From: an uncultured Acidobacteriota bacterium
GTDB taxonomy: Bacteria; Acidobacteriota; Thermoanaerobaculia; UBA5066; DATFVB01
Length of the DNA stretch: 64,000 nt
Direction of reading: 5' to 3'
Assembly: GCA_963813155.1 (NCBI GenBank)
Contig: CAWEYG010000001.1
Span: 860,347 to 924,346, forward strand
In this document: in pieces, positions 19,915 through 31,384 of the stretch
Layout: each line of letters opens with the position of its first letter
Numbering within the stretch: the stretch's first letter is position 1
Made by a program: the position numbers and the translations under genes
The notes under the pieces: generated by a model
The model's database searches: none
What the model was told of the DNA's origin: nothing
Seen by the model: the letters and a program-made list of their open reading frames with translations, nothing else

Positions 19915-20427
19915 TCAGGCGGCCTTCTGCTCCCGCGTCGGGGCGGCGGCCCGGCGAAGCACGAGCGGGCCCGCGCCCAGGAGCAGCCCGGTCGCGAGCG
20001 AGGCGAATCCCCATCCCGCGCCCGACCCGAAGATCCCGAGAGCGCTGTCGAGCGAGAGCGCGCCGGGGCCCGCGAACGCAACCGCCACAGCGGACGCGGC
20101 GAGAACCAGCGGGTATTCGTAGCCGCCGCTCGGGTTGAAGAAGCCCTTTGCGAGGTGCACGCTGACGACCGCGACGAGCATCACCGCGACGATCGCCGCC
20201 GCCGCGAGCGGAGTCCCGAACCCGGCGGCGAGCAGCAGTCCGCCTCCCGCCTCGGCGAGACCCGAGAGAACCGCCTGCACGCGCCCCGGCCGGAATCCGA
20301 GCTGTTCCAGAAACGAGCCCGTCCCGGCGAGGCCGTACCCGCCGAACCACCCGAAGAGCTTCTGGCTTCCGTGGGCGGCCAGCGTCAGGCCGACGACCGT
20401 GCGCAAAACCAAAATTCCGAGATCCAT
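19915..20427 (-). CDS. DoxX family membrane protein
   Basis: LRTVVGLTLAAHGSQKLFGWFGG..AEAGGG..GGYEYPL..GPGALSLD. Confidence 0.92.
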   Translation of the reverse strand: MDLGILVLRTVVGLTLAAHGSQKLFGWFGGYGLAGTGSFLEQLGFRPGRVQAVLSGLAEAGGGLLLAAGFGTPLAAAAIVAVMLVAVVSVHLAKGFFNPSGGYEYPLVLAASAVAVAFAGPGALSLDSALGIFGSGAGWGFASLATGLLLGAGPLVLRRAAAPTREQKAA

Positions 20428-20477
20428 GTTTACCTCCTGCAGCTATCTATTGGATATCTGCTGTCATTTCGATAGTG

Positions 20478-20525
20478 ATATTGCCAAACTCGCTTCCCTT
20501 TGTCAAGCACCTTCCCAACGGGAAG
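20478..20525 (-). promoter_or_regulatory. Sigma70 promoter of doxX with a candidate HxlR operator
   Basis: TTGACA (20501-20506)-17 nt-CAATAT (20478-20483) on the minus strand; palindrome CTTCCC-AAC-GGGAAG at 20511-20525. Confidence 0.55.
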
Positions 20526-20549
20526 CATAAGTGATAGGATGCCAAGGAG

Positions 20550-20930
20550 ATGGGAAAACGGATCGACCCCCAGTGCCGCGCGTTCCAGAGCGCAATCCAG
20601 GTCCTCAGCCGCCCGTGGAACGGGCTCATCCTCGGCCTGCTGCAGGGAGGGTCGCTGCGTTTCAGCGAGCTCGAGGAGCTCTCGCACGGCCTCGGACCCA
20701 AGACCCTCTCCGGCCGCCTGAAGGCGCTCGAAGTGCGCGGGCTGATCGCGCGGTCGATCGAGCCGGGCCCCCCCGTCCGCGTGTCCTACACCCTGACCGC
20801 AAAAGGCCAGGCTTTCGAGAAAGTCACCGAGGCGATCGAACGATGGGGACGGGACCTCGTCGCCGACGAGGTCGCCGCGGCTCCCGTCCTCAGTGCTCCA
20901 GCTGCGCGGTCCAATTCAAGACGACGGTGA
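20550..20930 (+). CDS. HxlR/DUF24-family winged-helix regulator
   Basis: N-terminal Cys; LRFSEL..KTLSGRLKALE..G..PPVRVSYTLTAKG; divergent from doxX. Confidence 0.9.
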   Translation: MGKRIDPQCRAFQSAIQVLSRPWNGLILGLLQGGSLRFSELEELSHGLGPKTLSGRLKALEVRGLIARSIEPGPPVRVSYTLTAKGQAFEKVTEAIERWGRDLVADEVAAAPVLSAPAARSNSRRR

Positions 20931-23607
20931 GCGATGACCGATCCGTCTCGGAGACGGGGAGGAGCAGCAGGAATCTCTTTCCGTCCGGCATGACGTCCCA
21001 ATCACGCGCCTGGGAGCCCGGGTACGCTTCCTCCAGCTGAGCTCGCGACATCGAGAACAGCGGCGAAGGAATCGAGAGCCGGGGCGTTCCGCCGTTCGCC
21101 TCGAACGACACCGACATGAGCTTCGCTTCGGGCGAGACGAAGAAAATTTCCTTTCCGTTCGGATTCCAGCGGCTCGCGGCGCCACCGTTGACGGAGACTT
21201 GCTGCCGCCCCGAGCCGTCTGGAAATCTCTGAACGTAGACCTCGCGGCGGCCCGACTCGGCCGACGTCGAGAGCAGCCACCCGCCGTCCGGAGAGAGCGC
21301 GAATTCACGCGACTGCTCGGAGCCTCTCAGGTGCTGCGGAGCGGCGGACGACCCGACGGTGAGCACGTCGAGGCCGGAGTGGTTCGGGTCGTGGTTCTGG
21401 AAGAGGATGAACCGCCCGTCGCGGGACCAGTCCTCGCTTTCCTTGTCGTACGGCGTGCGGGCGACGACCTCGTCGGGCTTCGAGCCGTCGGCGGTTCGAA
21501 TCGCCAGATCGTAGGGGCCCTCCCGGTCCCAGCCATGAACGAATCGAGAGCCGTCGGGCGACCAGACGGGACTCCCCTCCTCCTCGACGCCCGAGCCGCT
21601 GCGCGCCGCCGTCCCGCGTTCGAGGTCGAGCATCCAGATGTCGTCGTCGCCCCGCTCCGGGCTTCGCCTCATCAAGAGCGCCCGGCGGCCGTCCGGCGAG
21701 ATCGAAAGTCGTCGGTCGTATTCCTGCGGCGGCCCCACCTGAGAGAGCTCGCGCCCGCCGCGGTCGACGAAGACCAGCCGCCGCAGCTTCGGCGGGTCGG
21801 ACCGGAAAGCCAGGGTCTCGCCCTCGACATGGGTGTTCGGATTCACGATGCTCCCTTCGATGTACGGGCGCCCCAGAATCGCCGTCGGCTCCCCTCGAAG
21901 AGACAAGCTCGCCGCGTCGAACGGCTGCGCGTAGATCGCGCCCGCGATCGTGTACAGGAGATACCCCTGCGAGACTCCGACCAGGCCATCCGCGGCGACG
22001 ATGCGCCTGGCCTTCTTCCCGTCGGGCTTCCCATCGATCGAGGCCGAAGCGATCCACCCCTGATGGCTTTCCTTGCCGGCCTTCGTTCGAATGAAGAACA
22101 GGAAACGCCGGCCGTCGGGGAGGAACATCGGCCAGAGATGGGCGACCTCGCCCGCGCCCCGGTCGAGCGAGGTGACGGCCGAGGGCGTGCCGCCCGATGC
22201 GGGCACCTGAAAGATGTCGCTTCCGTAAAACGACGTGAAAACGAGAACGCCGGACGAGCCCCAGGAAAGACCGAACGAATTCTGCGTGGGGCAGACGGGC
22301 GCCGCTGTCCCTCCTGCAAGGGCGATCCGCGTCAGTGCGCGGCCGACCGGCAGGACGAGGGAGCGCCCGTCGGGTGACCATGCGAGGCTGAGCGCGGCGG
22401 TCACGTCGCCGACGCCTTCGAGCTGGCGCGGCTCCACGGAATCGATCGGACGGATCCAGAGTCTGTCGATTCCCGAGGCGTCGGCTCCCGCGAACGCCAG
22501 GGAACGGCCGTCCGGCGAAAGAGCGGCCGCGCCGATCGCGGTACCCGGCGAGGGAATTTCGAATCGGATCGAGCCCGACTCGGCGCCCGGGCGTGAGAGA
22601 AAGCGGCGCGAAACAAAGGCCGACCCGACCGCCGCAGCGACGATCGCCGCGACCCAACCGAGCCGCTCGCGGCTTTTGCGCCGCGAGACGACGCGGCTGG
22701 CCGCCGCCGGTGAGGCGGCCGAGAATGCCGCCTGCGAGCCCGCCTGCCCGATCCACTCGAGCTCGCGTTGAATGTCGCGCGCGCTCTGCCATCGGTCTTC
22801 CGGGTCCTTCGCGAGACACGTCCGGATGACCCGCTCCAGCGCCGGAGGCGTCAGCGGAACGACGGCGGAGATGGGATCCGGCTCCTTCGACATGATCGCG
22901 GTGACGAGGGAAGCGCGGCTCTCGCCCGAAAAAGCCTTCTTTCCTGTCGCCATTTCGTACAGCACGCAGCCGAACGCAAAGATGTCGGTGCGCGAGTCGG
23001 CCTCTTTGCCTTCGAGCTGCTCGGGCGCCATGTACTGGAAAGTCCCCATGACGGTCCCCTTCTCCGTCAGCGGCCGGGAGGGAGCTGCCTGCGTCGGAAG
23101 CGAGGACACATCGGCAAGCGGCTCGGTGGCCGCCGCGATTTTCGCGAGGCCGAAATCGAGCAACTTGACGCCTGACTTCGTCAGCATGACGTTGCCGGGC
23201 TTCAGATCCCGGTGGACGATTCCCGCTCGGTGCGCGCGGTCGAGCGCTCCGGCGATCTCGATGCCGAACTTGACGACCTGGTCGGGCGGGAGGGGGCCTC
23301 TGTCCAGCCGGTCGGCGAGAGACTGCCCTTCGAGCAATTCCATGACGAGAAAATCGACGCCGCCCTCCGAGCCGACGTCGTGGAGCGTGCAGATGTGCGG
23401 ATGCGTCAACTGCGAGATCGCTTTCGCTTCGCGCTCGAAGCGGTGGCGCAGCTCCGGGCTCGCCGAGAGGTGCGAAGGAAGCACCTTGATCGCGACGTCG
23501 CGCCCGAGCCGCGTGTCCTTCGCCCGGTAGACTTCTCCCATTCCCCCCGCGCCGAGCGGCGAAAGGACTTCATAGGGCCCCAGCCGCGTTCCCGCCTCCA
23601 GCGTCAT
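20890..23607 (-). CDS. Membrane Ser/Thr kinase with PD40 beta-propellers
   Basis: [15 protein letters not shown].., HRDLKPGN, GTFQYMAPE; C-terminus LTVVLNW; ATG overlaps the upstream stop (ATGA). Confidence 0.92.
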   Translation of the reverse strand: MTLEAGTRLGPYEVLSPLGAGGMGEVYRAKDTRLGRDVAIKVLPSHLSASPELRHRFEREAKAISQLTHPHICTLHDVGSEGGVDFLVMELLEGQSLADRLDRGPLPPDQVVKFGIEIAGALDRAHRAGIVHRDLKPGNVMLTKSGVKLLDFGLAKIAAATEPLADVSSLPTQAAPSRPLTEKGTVMGTFQYMAPEQLEGKEADSRTDIFAFGCVLYEMATGKKAFSGESRASLVTAIMSKEPDPISAVVPLTPPALERVIRTCLAKDPEDRWQSARDIQRELEWIGQAGSQAAFSAASPAAASRVVSRRKSRERLGWVAAIVAAAVGSAFVSRRFLSRPGAESGSIRFEIPSPGTAIGAAALSPDGRSLAFAGADASGIDRLWIRPIDSVEPRQLEGVGDVTAALSLAWSPDGRSLVLPVGRALTRIALAGGTAAPVCPTQNSFGLSWGSSGVLVFTSFYGSDIFQVPASGGTPSAVTSLDRGAGEVAHLWPMFLPDGRRFLFFIRTKAGKESHQGWIASASIDGKPDGKKARRIVAADGLVGVSQGYLLYTIAGAIYAQPFDAASLSLRGEPTAILGRPYIEGSIVNPNTHVEGETLAFRSDPPKLRRLVFVDRGGRELSQVGPPQEYDRRLSISPDGRRALLMRRSPERGDDDIWMLDLERGTAARSGSGVEEEGSPVWSPDGSRFVHGWDREGPYDLAIRTADGSKPDEVVARTPYDKESEDWSRDGRFILFQNHDPNHSGLDVLTVGSSAAPQHLRGSEQSREFALSPDGGWLLSTSAESGRREVYVQRFPDGSGRQQVSVNGGAASRWNPNGKEIFFVSPEAKLMSVSFEANGGTPRLSIPSPLFSMSRAQLEEAYPGSQARDWDVMPDGKRFLLLLPVSETDRSSLTVVLNWTAQLEH

Positions 23608-26220
23608 CGCACTCCCTTGACGAGATAGAGCGTCGAGAGCGCGCGGTCGAAGTCGTACGCGTAGGAACGGCCGTCGCGCGCGACCACGACCCCGTAGCCA
23701 CCCTCGACGCCGGCGGGATCGGACAGGGGAAAGCTCCTTCCAGAGCTCGCGGCGGCCCGACTCGACGTCGATGCGGTACACGGGAATCGGGAGCTGGTTT
23801 CGGCGGTAGACGAAAATGGAACGCCCGTCTCCGCTCCAGCCGGAGATCACATCGTGCTGCTCGGCCCCCGCCAGGTCCTTCGGCGGACCGCCGTCGATGG
23901 GAAAGATCTGGAACGACATGCTGCCCGGGTCGCCGTGAATCGCGAAGAAGCGAGAGCCGTCCGGCGAGATCGGCCGGTTGCCAAAGAACCCGTCGTAGCC
24001 CGGCGGCGTCACGGGCCGGAGCTTCGGCGCGTCGATCTCGGCGACGAAGAATCGCGGCAGCTCGCCGGCGCGCTTGCCGAGAATCAGCATGCGCTTGCCG
24101 TCCGGGAGCAGCCAGGCGCTCCGGAGCATCTCGAGCTCCGGAATCTCGATCATCCGCGGGCTTCCCGCGCCCGTCGGCGTGAGCACGATCCGGTTCCGCC
24201 GGACGGTTGCCGCGCGGATGGACTCCCCCGAGGGGCTGCCAATGACGAAACGGCCGTCGGAAGAAAACATCGTCGCGAAGCCTTCGCCGAGTTTCACGGC
24301 GGGCGAGCCATCGGTCGGGCGAACGTAGATCGACCCCGCCGCAGCGGCGCCCCCGCCGAACTGGTCGAGGAGGATCGTCCGGCCGTCCGGCGAAAGGTCG
24401 GAGGCGTAAGAGGCCGAGAGCCAGCCGATCGGGCGCTCTGCGGCGTCTTTTTCTCCCCGGAAGAGGACGTTGCTCGTGAATTCGACCGCTTCGAGCAGAA
24501 GCGTGCCGTCTGCCGACCGGTCGTGGATCCGGAATGTTCCGGCGAGCCGAAGCACAGCCCGGTCCCGCCCCCTCGTCGAGACTGCATGGATCGTCGAGCT
24601 CTGGTCGCCGTCGACTTCGGAATACCAGATCTCATCTCCCCTTTTCGACCACGCGATCCCCGAGTCGCTCGCGAGGGGCGCGAGGACCTTCTTCCCGGCA
24701 TGGAGATCGACGACGCAAAGCGCGTTGCTCACGATGCTCGCTCCGGAGCTCGAAGCCTCGATGAACGCGAGACGTCGGCCGTCCGGCGAGACGCGCAGCC
24801 GCCAGATGTGCGTGTTTCCCTTGTAGACGACGTTTCCCTGGGGAAGCTCGATCTGCGAGCCGAGGTCCGGCGTGTCGCGGACGACGGCGAGGCGCCCGTC
24901 GGCCGTCCAGTCCGCGTCGATGACGTTGTCCGCGATCTCCCTCGGGGCGCCTCCGGAAATTGGCGACCGGGCGAGCGTGCCCGAGAGACTTCCGTTCCAC
25001 ATCCGCGGGCGCAGCTGCAGCGCGAGCTCGCCGCCGTTCGAAACCGAGACGAGCGACGCGCCCTTCTGGCCCAGGCTCGTCGATTCCGACTGTCCGGGTT
25101 CCGACGAGTACACGTCTGCCGGCTCCCCTTCCCAGAGGGCGCCGTAGTACACCGCGCGCCCGTCCGCCGAGAACCGAGCTGTTCGCACCGTTCCGCGGCG
25201 CCAGGTCAACCGCTCGAAGCGCGGAAGGTCTGCTTTTCCGCCGCGGCCCGCAAGGAACGCGACAGTCGCAACGACGGCGGCGCCGGCAACAGCGACAGCA
25301 GCCGCGATCGTCCTTCGACGTCTCCCCGCAGCCGGGCTCGCTCCAGCCGGCGCGACTCCGGACGTCTGAGAGAGACCGGAAACCGCCTGAAGCGCGAACG
25401 CGAGGTCGCGGGCCGACTCGAAGCGCTCTCCCGGGCTCTTCTCGAGGCAGTGCGCGACGACGCTTTGGAGAGCAGACGGAAGCTCCGGCCGGGAGGTCGT
25501 GAGATCCGGGGGGTCCGCCTTCAGGATCGCGCTCATCGTCTCGACGGCCGAGTCTCCGGAGAACGCCCTCTTTCCGGAGAGCATCTCGTAGAGAATCGCG
25601 CCGAAGGAAAAAATGTCGGACCGCGGATCGACCGCTGCTCCCCGGACCTGCTCCGGCGACATGTAGCCGACGGTCCCCATCACCGCGCCCGGCTCGGTCT
25701 GGGCCGCCATCGTGGGAGCGGAAGTCTCCGCCTTCTCCGGCCGTTCGACCTTCGCCAGCCCGAAGTCGAGGATCTTCACGTGCCCATCCGCGAGGACGAA
25801 GACGTTCTCGGGCTTGAGATCCCGGTGAACGATGCCTTTCGCGTGGGCGGCGGCGAGGCCTCGAGCGATCTGCAGCGCGACTTCGATCGCCTTCCGGGGA
25901 GCGAACGCTCCATTTTCCAACCGCTGCCGAAGCGTCGCGCCCTCGAGCAGCTCCATCGCGGCGTACACGACCCCGTTCTCGCTTCCGAAATCATGAATCG
26001 CCAGGATGTTCGGATGCGACAGCGCGGCGACCGCCTTTGCTTCGCGCTCGAAACGCGCGAGCGCTTCGGAGTTGCCGGCGAGCGATTCGGGAAGGACCTT
26101 GACCGCGACGTCCCTCCCGAGCCGCGTGTCGCGCGCTTTGTACACCTCGCCCATTCCGCCCGCGCCGAGAGGCGAAAGGATCTCGTACGGCCCGAGGCGG
26201 GCGCCGGAAGCCAGACTCAA
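23604..26220 (-). CDS. Membrane Ser/Thr kinase with beta-propeller sensor (frameshift near 23720)
   Basis: Kinase motifs, TM segment, FERLTWRRG; the family C-terminus SDPAGVEGG..DGRSYAYDFDRALSTLYLVKGVR* lies in another frame ending at 23604. Confidence 0.88.
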
Positions 26221-26266
26221 CAACTCTCCTTGATGATTCGGGGATTCTAACGCGCCGGGTGCCGGG

Positions 26267-28705
26267 TCAGTAGTCGAAGTGCAGCTGCTTCAAGAGCGCC
26301 ACGAAACGCGGTTCGGAGCGAAGCGGATCGAAGATCCTGTCTTGCTTGAGGTAGATCATCCACTGCGAATCCGCCGCATGGGCGCTTTCGAGGTACTCCA
26401 GGGCTCGCGCTCGATCGCCGAGCCCGAGATAGACGATCGCGAGGTTGAACGGAGGGACGTAACCGTGCAACGACTTCTTCTTCAGCTCCTCGATCGCCGC
26501 CATCGCGTGCGCCCGGTCACCCGAAGCCCCGTACGCATACCCGAGCCACGCGGTCACGAAGGGGGGCGACTCCATCGCCCGGGCTTTCTCGAATTCCGGA
26601 ATGGCGTCGGCGACCTTCCCCTCCTGGATGTCGACCCATCCGAGAGACCATTGAGTGAAGAAGAAGGTCGGGTCGAGAGCCCCGGCCCTCCGGGCCTCAT
26701 CCCTTGCCACCTGGAACTTGCGCTGGCCGGCCAGGGCGATGACCGCGTCGTTGGGAATTTGCGGGGAAAGGGGGTCGAGCTCCGCCGCCCGCCGGGACTC
26801 GGCGACCGCCTCCCCGAGCCGCCGCCCCTGGAAACCCAGACTCAGACCGAACTGATCGTGAGCAAACGCATAACTCGGATTGAGCGCGAACGCGCGCCGG
26901 AACTCGCTCTCGGAGCCCGTCCAGTCGAAGTCATACCAGACCTTGTACACCGCGAGAGAGGTGTGGGCTTCGGCGGAATCCGGGTCGAGCTGGATTGCTC
27001 TCTCGGCCGCGGCCTTTGCCTTCGGCTTCGTCTCCGAGGAGGTCAGCACTCCTTCGTTGAAAGCGGCCCAGAGGTAGGCGTCCGACAGGCCCGAGTATGC
27101 GGGCGCGAGGTCCGGGCTCAGTCGGACCGCCTCCTCGAACAGCGCGATCGCCTTCGACAGGTTTTCGTCGCTCGGCCGGTTGAAGAAGTAGCGGCCCTTC
27201 AAATAGGCGTCGTGCGCCTCGGGGTTGACCGTCGGGGCCGCGGCCAGCCGGGAGCGCTCGTTCGGCGTGAGCTGCACGTGGATCTCGCCGGCGATCGCGG
27301 AAGCCAGCTCGTCCTGGAGCGCGAGCACATCGCGGGAGTTGCGCTCGAAGCTCTTGGCCCAGAGCTGCCTGTCGGCCCGGGCATCGACGAGCTCGGCCGT
27401 GATCCGCACCCTGTCGCCCGCCCGCAGCACCGACCCCTCCACCACCGCGTCGACGTCGAGTCTCTTCGCGATCTCCGGCGCCGGCGGCCGCTGCCGCCCC
27501 TTGAACTGCATCGCCGATCCGCGTGAGATGACCCGAAGCTGGCTGATCGTCGCGAGGTCGGCCGTCAACTCGTCGGTCATCCCTTCGGCGAAGTAGTCCT
27601 GGCTGGGATCGCCCGAATAATTATCGAGAGGAAGCACGGCAATCGATCGAATGGAGACGGAGCGGGAGCCGAGGCCGGAGCGCCGGGCGAGATACCACAC
27701 CAGCGACACGGCAAGAGCGGCGGCGAGTCCCATGCCGGCGATTCGCAAAGCCTTGCGCCGCGGCTCGAGAGCAGTCGAGCTCTTCGCCGAAACCGGGACG
27801 GCCATCGGCCGGCTCCCGATCCCGCCGGAGCTCGCCTGCGCCAAATTGAAGGCCAGGTCCCGGGCGGTCTGGAATCGGTCTTCGGGCATTTTCTCCAGGC
27901 AGTGCCGAACGAGCTCCTCGAGCGCTTGCGGGACGTTCGTCCCGACGGAAAGCTCCGGCGGCTCGTCCCGCATAATCGCCGCCATCGTGTCGCTCGCGGT
28001 GTCCCTCTTGAACGCCCGGGTGCCCGAGAGCATTTCGTAGAGAATCGTTCCGAACGAAAAGATGTCCGAGCGGTGATCGACTTCGCGCCCCCTCACCTGC
28101 TCGGGCGACATGTAGCCGACGGTTCCCATCACCGTGCCGGGCTTCGTGTCGAGCGCGCGATCCGCGCGAGCAAATCGATCGACCGACTGGGTCGGCGCGC
28201 TCGTTTCTTCGCCGACCCGACTCTTCTCCGTCCTCTTGGCCAGGCCGAAGTCGAGGATCTTCACGTGCCCGCCACTCGAAATGAAGAGGTTCTCGGGCTT
28301 CAAGTCCCGGTGGACGATCCCCTTCTCGTGAGCCGCCGAAAGGCCGCGGGCGACTTGCATTCCGAAATCGGCGACCTGCTTCGCAGGGATCGGACCGCGG
28401 TCGAGCCTGTCGCGGAGCGTCTCCCCCTCGAGAAGTTCCATGACCGCGTAGGCCACGCCTTCGTGGTATCCGTAGTCGTGAATGGCCAGGATGTTCGGGT
28501 GAGAAAGCGCCGCGACGGCCTTGGCCTCGCGCTCGAACCGGGAGAGCATGTCGGGGTTGGCGGCAACGGATTCGGGCAGCACCTTGATGGCGACGTCGCG
28601 GTCGAGCTTCGTGTCGCGAGCCCGGTACACCTCCCCCATTCCGCCCGCTCCAAGCGGCGACAGGATTTCATACGGTCCCAGCTTCGTACCCGCCGCGAGG
28701 GTCAA
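26267..28705 (-). CDS. Membrane Ser/Thr kinase with TolB-N-like and TPR domains
   Basis: TTG-TLAAGTKLGPY; kinase motifs; TM segment; SIAVLPLDNYSGDPSQDYFAEGMTDEL; TPRs; FDPLRSEPRF. Confidence 0.92.
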   Translation of the reverse strand: MTLAAGTKLGPYEILSPLGAGGMGEVYRARDTKLDRDVAIKVLPESVAANPDMLSRFEREAKAVAALSHPNILAIHDYGYHEGVAYAVMELLEGETLRDRLDRGPIPAKQVADFGMQVARGLSAAHEKGIVHRDLKPENLFISSGGHVKILDFGLAKRTEKSRVGEETSAPTQSVDRFARADRALDTKPGTVMGTVGYMSPEQVRGREVDHRSDIFSFGTILYEMLSGTRAFKRDTASDTMAAIMRDEPPELSVGTNVPQALEELVRHCLEKMPEDRFQTARDLAFNLAQASSGGIGSRPMAVPVSAKSSTALEPRRKALRIAGMGLAAALAVSLVWYLARRSGLGSRSVSIRSIAVLPLDNYSGDPSQDYFAEGMTDELTADLATISQLRVISRGSAMQFKGRQRPPAPEIAKRLDVDAVVEGSVLRAGDRVRITAELVDARADRQLWAKSFERNSRDVLALQDELASAIAGEIHVQLTPNERSRLAAAPTVNPEAHDAYLKGRYFFNRPSDENLSKAIALFEEAVRLSPDLAPAYSGLSDAYLWAAFNEGVLTSSETKPKAKAAAERAIQLDPDSAEAHTSLAVYKVWYDFDWTGSESEFRRAFALNPSYAFAHDQFGLSLGFQGRRLGEAVAESRRAAELDPLSPQIPNDAVIALAGQRKFQVARDEARRAGALDPTFFFTQWSLGWVDIQEGKVADAIPEFEKARAMESPPFVTAWLGYAYGASGDRAHAMAAIEELKKKSLHGYVPPFNLAIVYLGLGDRARALEYLESAHAADSQWMIYLKQDRIFDPLRSEPRFVALLKQLHFDY

Positions 28706-28728
28706 AGGAGAGTCCTCAGGCTCATCGG

Positions 28729-31292
28729 CTAGCGCAAGCCGTCGACGGTGAACAGGTAGGCGCCCTGATGCAGCGCCGTGTAGGCGTACGATTTTTCGTC
28801 CGCGGAGAGCAGGACGTTCGACACGACAGCCACTCCCGCGGCGTCCGCCGGCCCCACTTCCCGAAGGAGCGTGCGCTTTCCGGTCGCGATGTCCACCCGC
28901 TCGACGCGCGTCGGGACGAGCGTCGTGCGGCTGACGATCAGAGATCTTCCGTCGGCCGACCATCCGGAGACGTTGTCGTCCGGGGTCAGGCCCGGCACAG
29001 CCCGGACCGGGCCTCCGCCGACCGGATAGATCCGGTGGTTGCCGGAACCAAACGCGACGACGGAGCGCTCGTCGGGCGAGATCTTGCCGTCCCACGTTCC
29101 CTCGGGCGTGACCGGCCCCGGATTACCGCCTTTCGTCTCCGCGACGTAACAGCGCCGGCCTTCCCCGGATCGCACACCGCAGAGGAGGATCCGCTCGTCG
29201 CCGTGAAAGAACTGGCCCGTCTCGTACGATTCAAAGCCCTTGAACGAGATGTTCCGGGCCTCGCCCGCGCCCGTCGGATAGATCATGAGACGCGGCGGGT
29301 TGGTGAAAACGGCGGCGAGAACCGACTTTCCGTCGGAAGACAAATCCAGGGGGTTGCCTTCCCCGAGGCGAACCGACGTCGAGGCGTCCATCTTGCGAAG
29401 ATAAGTCGAGTAATAAGGACCGGCGGCCGCCGTATCGTCGGACAAGAGAACGGTCTTGCCGTCGCGCGAGACCCCGCCGACGGTCGAATAGTCGTAGACA
29501 GGGAGAAATCGCGCTCGGGGCTTCCGACGACGCCGGCGATCGCGGAGGCGCGCGTCGTGCCCGCGGAGACGAGGATCCGGCCGTCCGGCGCGGCATCGAA
29601 GATCGTGAGGCTCTCCGAGTTCACGAGAACGGTCCGCAGGCGGCCCCCGCGGCTCGAGCGCGCGAACCTTGAGGTCCGTGCCCTCGTTGCCGGCCGAGGA
29701 GAACAGCACCTGCTTTCCGTCCGGCGACCAGGCGAGGCCTTCTTCGCCGGAGTAGTCGGGCGATTTCGCGACGAGGCGACCCGAGCGGTCGATGATCTCC
29801 ACGTCCCCGCGATCGTCGGCGTCCACCGGATGGCGCATGAAGGCCAGGCGGCTTCCGTCGGGCGAGACGCGCACGTCGCTGAAGTATCCGCTGCTCGTGG
29901 CGAGGATCTTCGACGCGGGATACTCGAGCCGGTCCTTCCCGTCGACACGGCGGACGATCGCGAGCTCCGATCCGTCCGGCGACCAGTCGGCGTCATGAAC
30001 GTCCTTCAGGAGCTCCCGCGGCGAGGCCTCCCCGATCGGCATTCGGGAAAGTGTTCCGAGATAGATGCGCTGGTAGAGAAATTGCGCCTGCGTTAGAACC
30101 GCCAGCTCTCCCTTCGAAGACACGGCGAGGAGCCGGGTGTCGGGAAGTGAGAGCGACCGTGCCTGTGCGGACTGGGCATCCTTGATGAACAACTCGTTTC
30201 GGTTCCCCGTCGGTGCGGCGGAAAAAATAACGGTCTTGCCGTCCGGGGCGAAGCGGGCGTTCGTCACGAACTGGGGACGAAACGTCAGGCGGGTGAACGA
30301 CAGGACCGCCGGCGCCGACCCTTTCCGTCCCGCGAAGTAGGCGGCGGCGAGTAGGAGTGCGACGGCGACGACGGCGGCGGCAAGCGATCGCGCCCGGCCG
30401 GACGACCCGCCGTCGAGAGTTTGCCGACGGAGCTGCCGCTCGTCGAGCCGGAGAGCGCCTCGAGGTCGAACGCGACGTCTCCGGCCGAGTGGAACCGGGA
30501 CTCCGGGTTCTTCTCGAGACAGTGCCGGACGATCCGGTCGAGCGCCGGCGAAATTTTCCGGGCCGTTTCTTCGGTCTCCGGCGGCTCGTCTTTGAGGATG
30601 GAATTCATCGTCTCGACGGCGGAATCCTTCTTGAATGCGCGCGTGCCGGTCAGCATTTCGAAGAGGATCGCGCCAAAGGAAAAGATGTCCGTTCGCTGGT
30701 CGGCGTTTCGCCCGCGCACCTGCTCCGGCGACATGTACCCGACCGTCCCCATGACCGTTCCCGGCTCCGTGCCGGCGGGCGTCGTTGGCGCGTTCGTCGC
30801 GGCCGATTCGGAGGAGAAGACCTTTGCGAGGCCGAAGTCGAGGATCTTGACGCGGCCGTCGAGCGTCAGGAAGAGATTCTCCGGCTTCAAGTCCCGGTGA
30901 ATCACGCCCTTCTCATGGGCCGCTGCCAGTCCTTTCGCGATCTGGATCGCGATCTCGACGGCCTTGCGCTGGGGCAGCGCGCCGTTTTCGAGCCGGGCGC
31001 GGAGATCTTCCCCTTCGAGCAGCTCCATGACGGCGTACGCGACGCCGCCCTCCTTCCCAAAGTCGTAGATGCCGAGGATGTTCGGGTGGTTCAGGGCCGC
31101 GACCGCCCGCGCTTCTCTCTCGAATCGCGCGAGCACTTCCGGGTGCTGCGCGACGGCCTCGGGGAGGACCTTGACGGCCACATCGCGGCCCAGCTTCGTG
31201 TCGCGCGCCCGGTACACTTCTCCCATTCCGCCCGCACCGAGAGGCGAGAGGATTTCGTAGGGACCGAGGCGGGTGCCCGCCGACAGGCTCAA
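28729..31292 (-). CDS. Membrane Ser/Thr kinase with beta-propeller sensor (frameshifts near 30400, 29650 and 29500)
   Basis: Kinase in ORF 30285-31292; TM segment, [20 protein letters not shown] and propeller continue in other frames to YLFTVDGLR*. Confidence 0.85.
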
Positions 31293-31384
31293 AGTTTCTC
31301 CAGTGGGCGCGATTCTATCTCTGTCGAACGCGAGCGGCTCCTCTCCGGCAGTATGATCGGCCCCAGATTCCGCAAGGAGAAGCC

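Noticed and set aside
20890-26223. 1777-aa double-kinase fusion in the ORF track
   Set aside because: A single-base shift near 23720 hides the family-typical C-terminus and stop (23604) of the first kinase. The second kinase has its own GGAG RBS and an ATGA overlap, so these are two genes.
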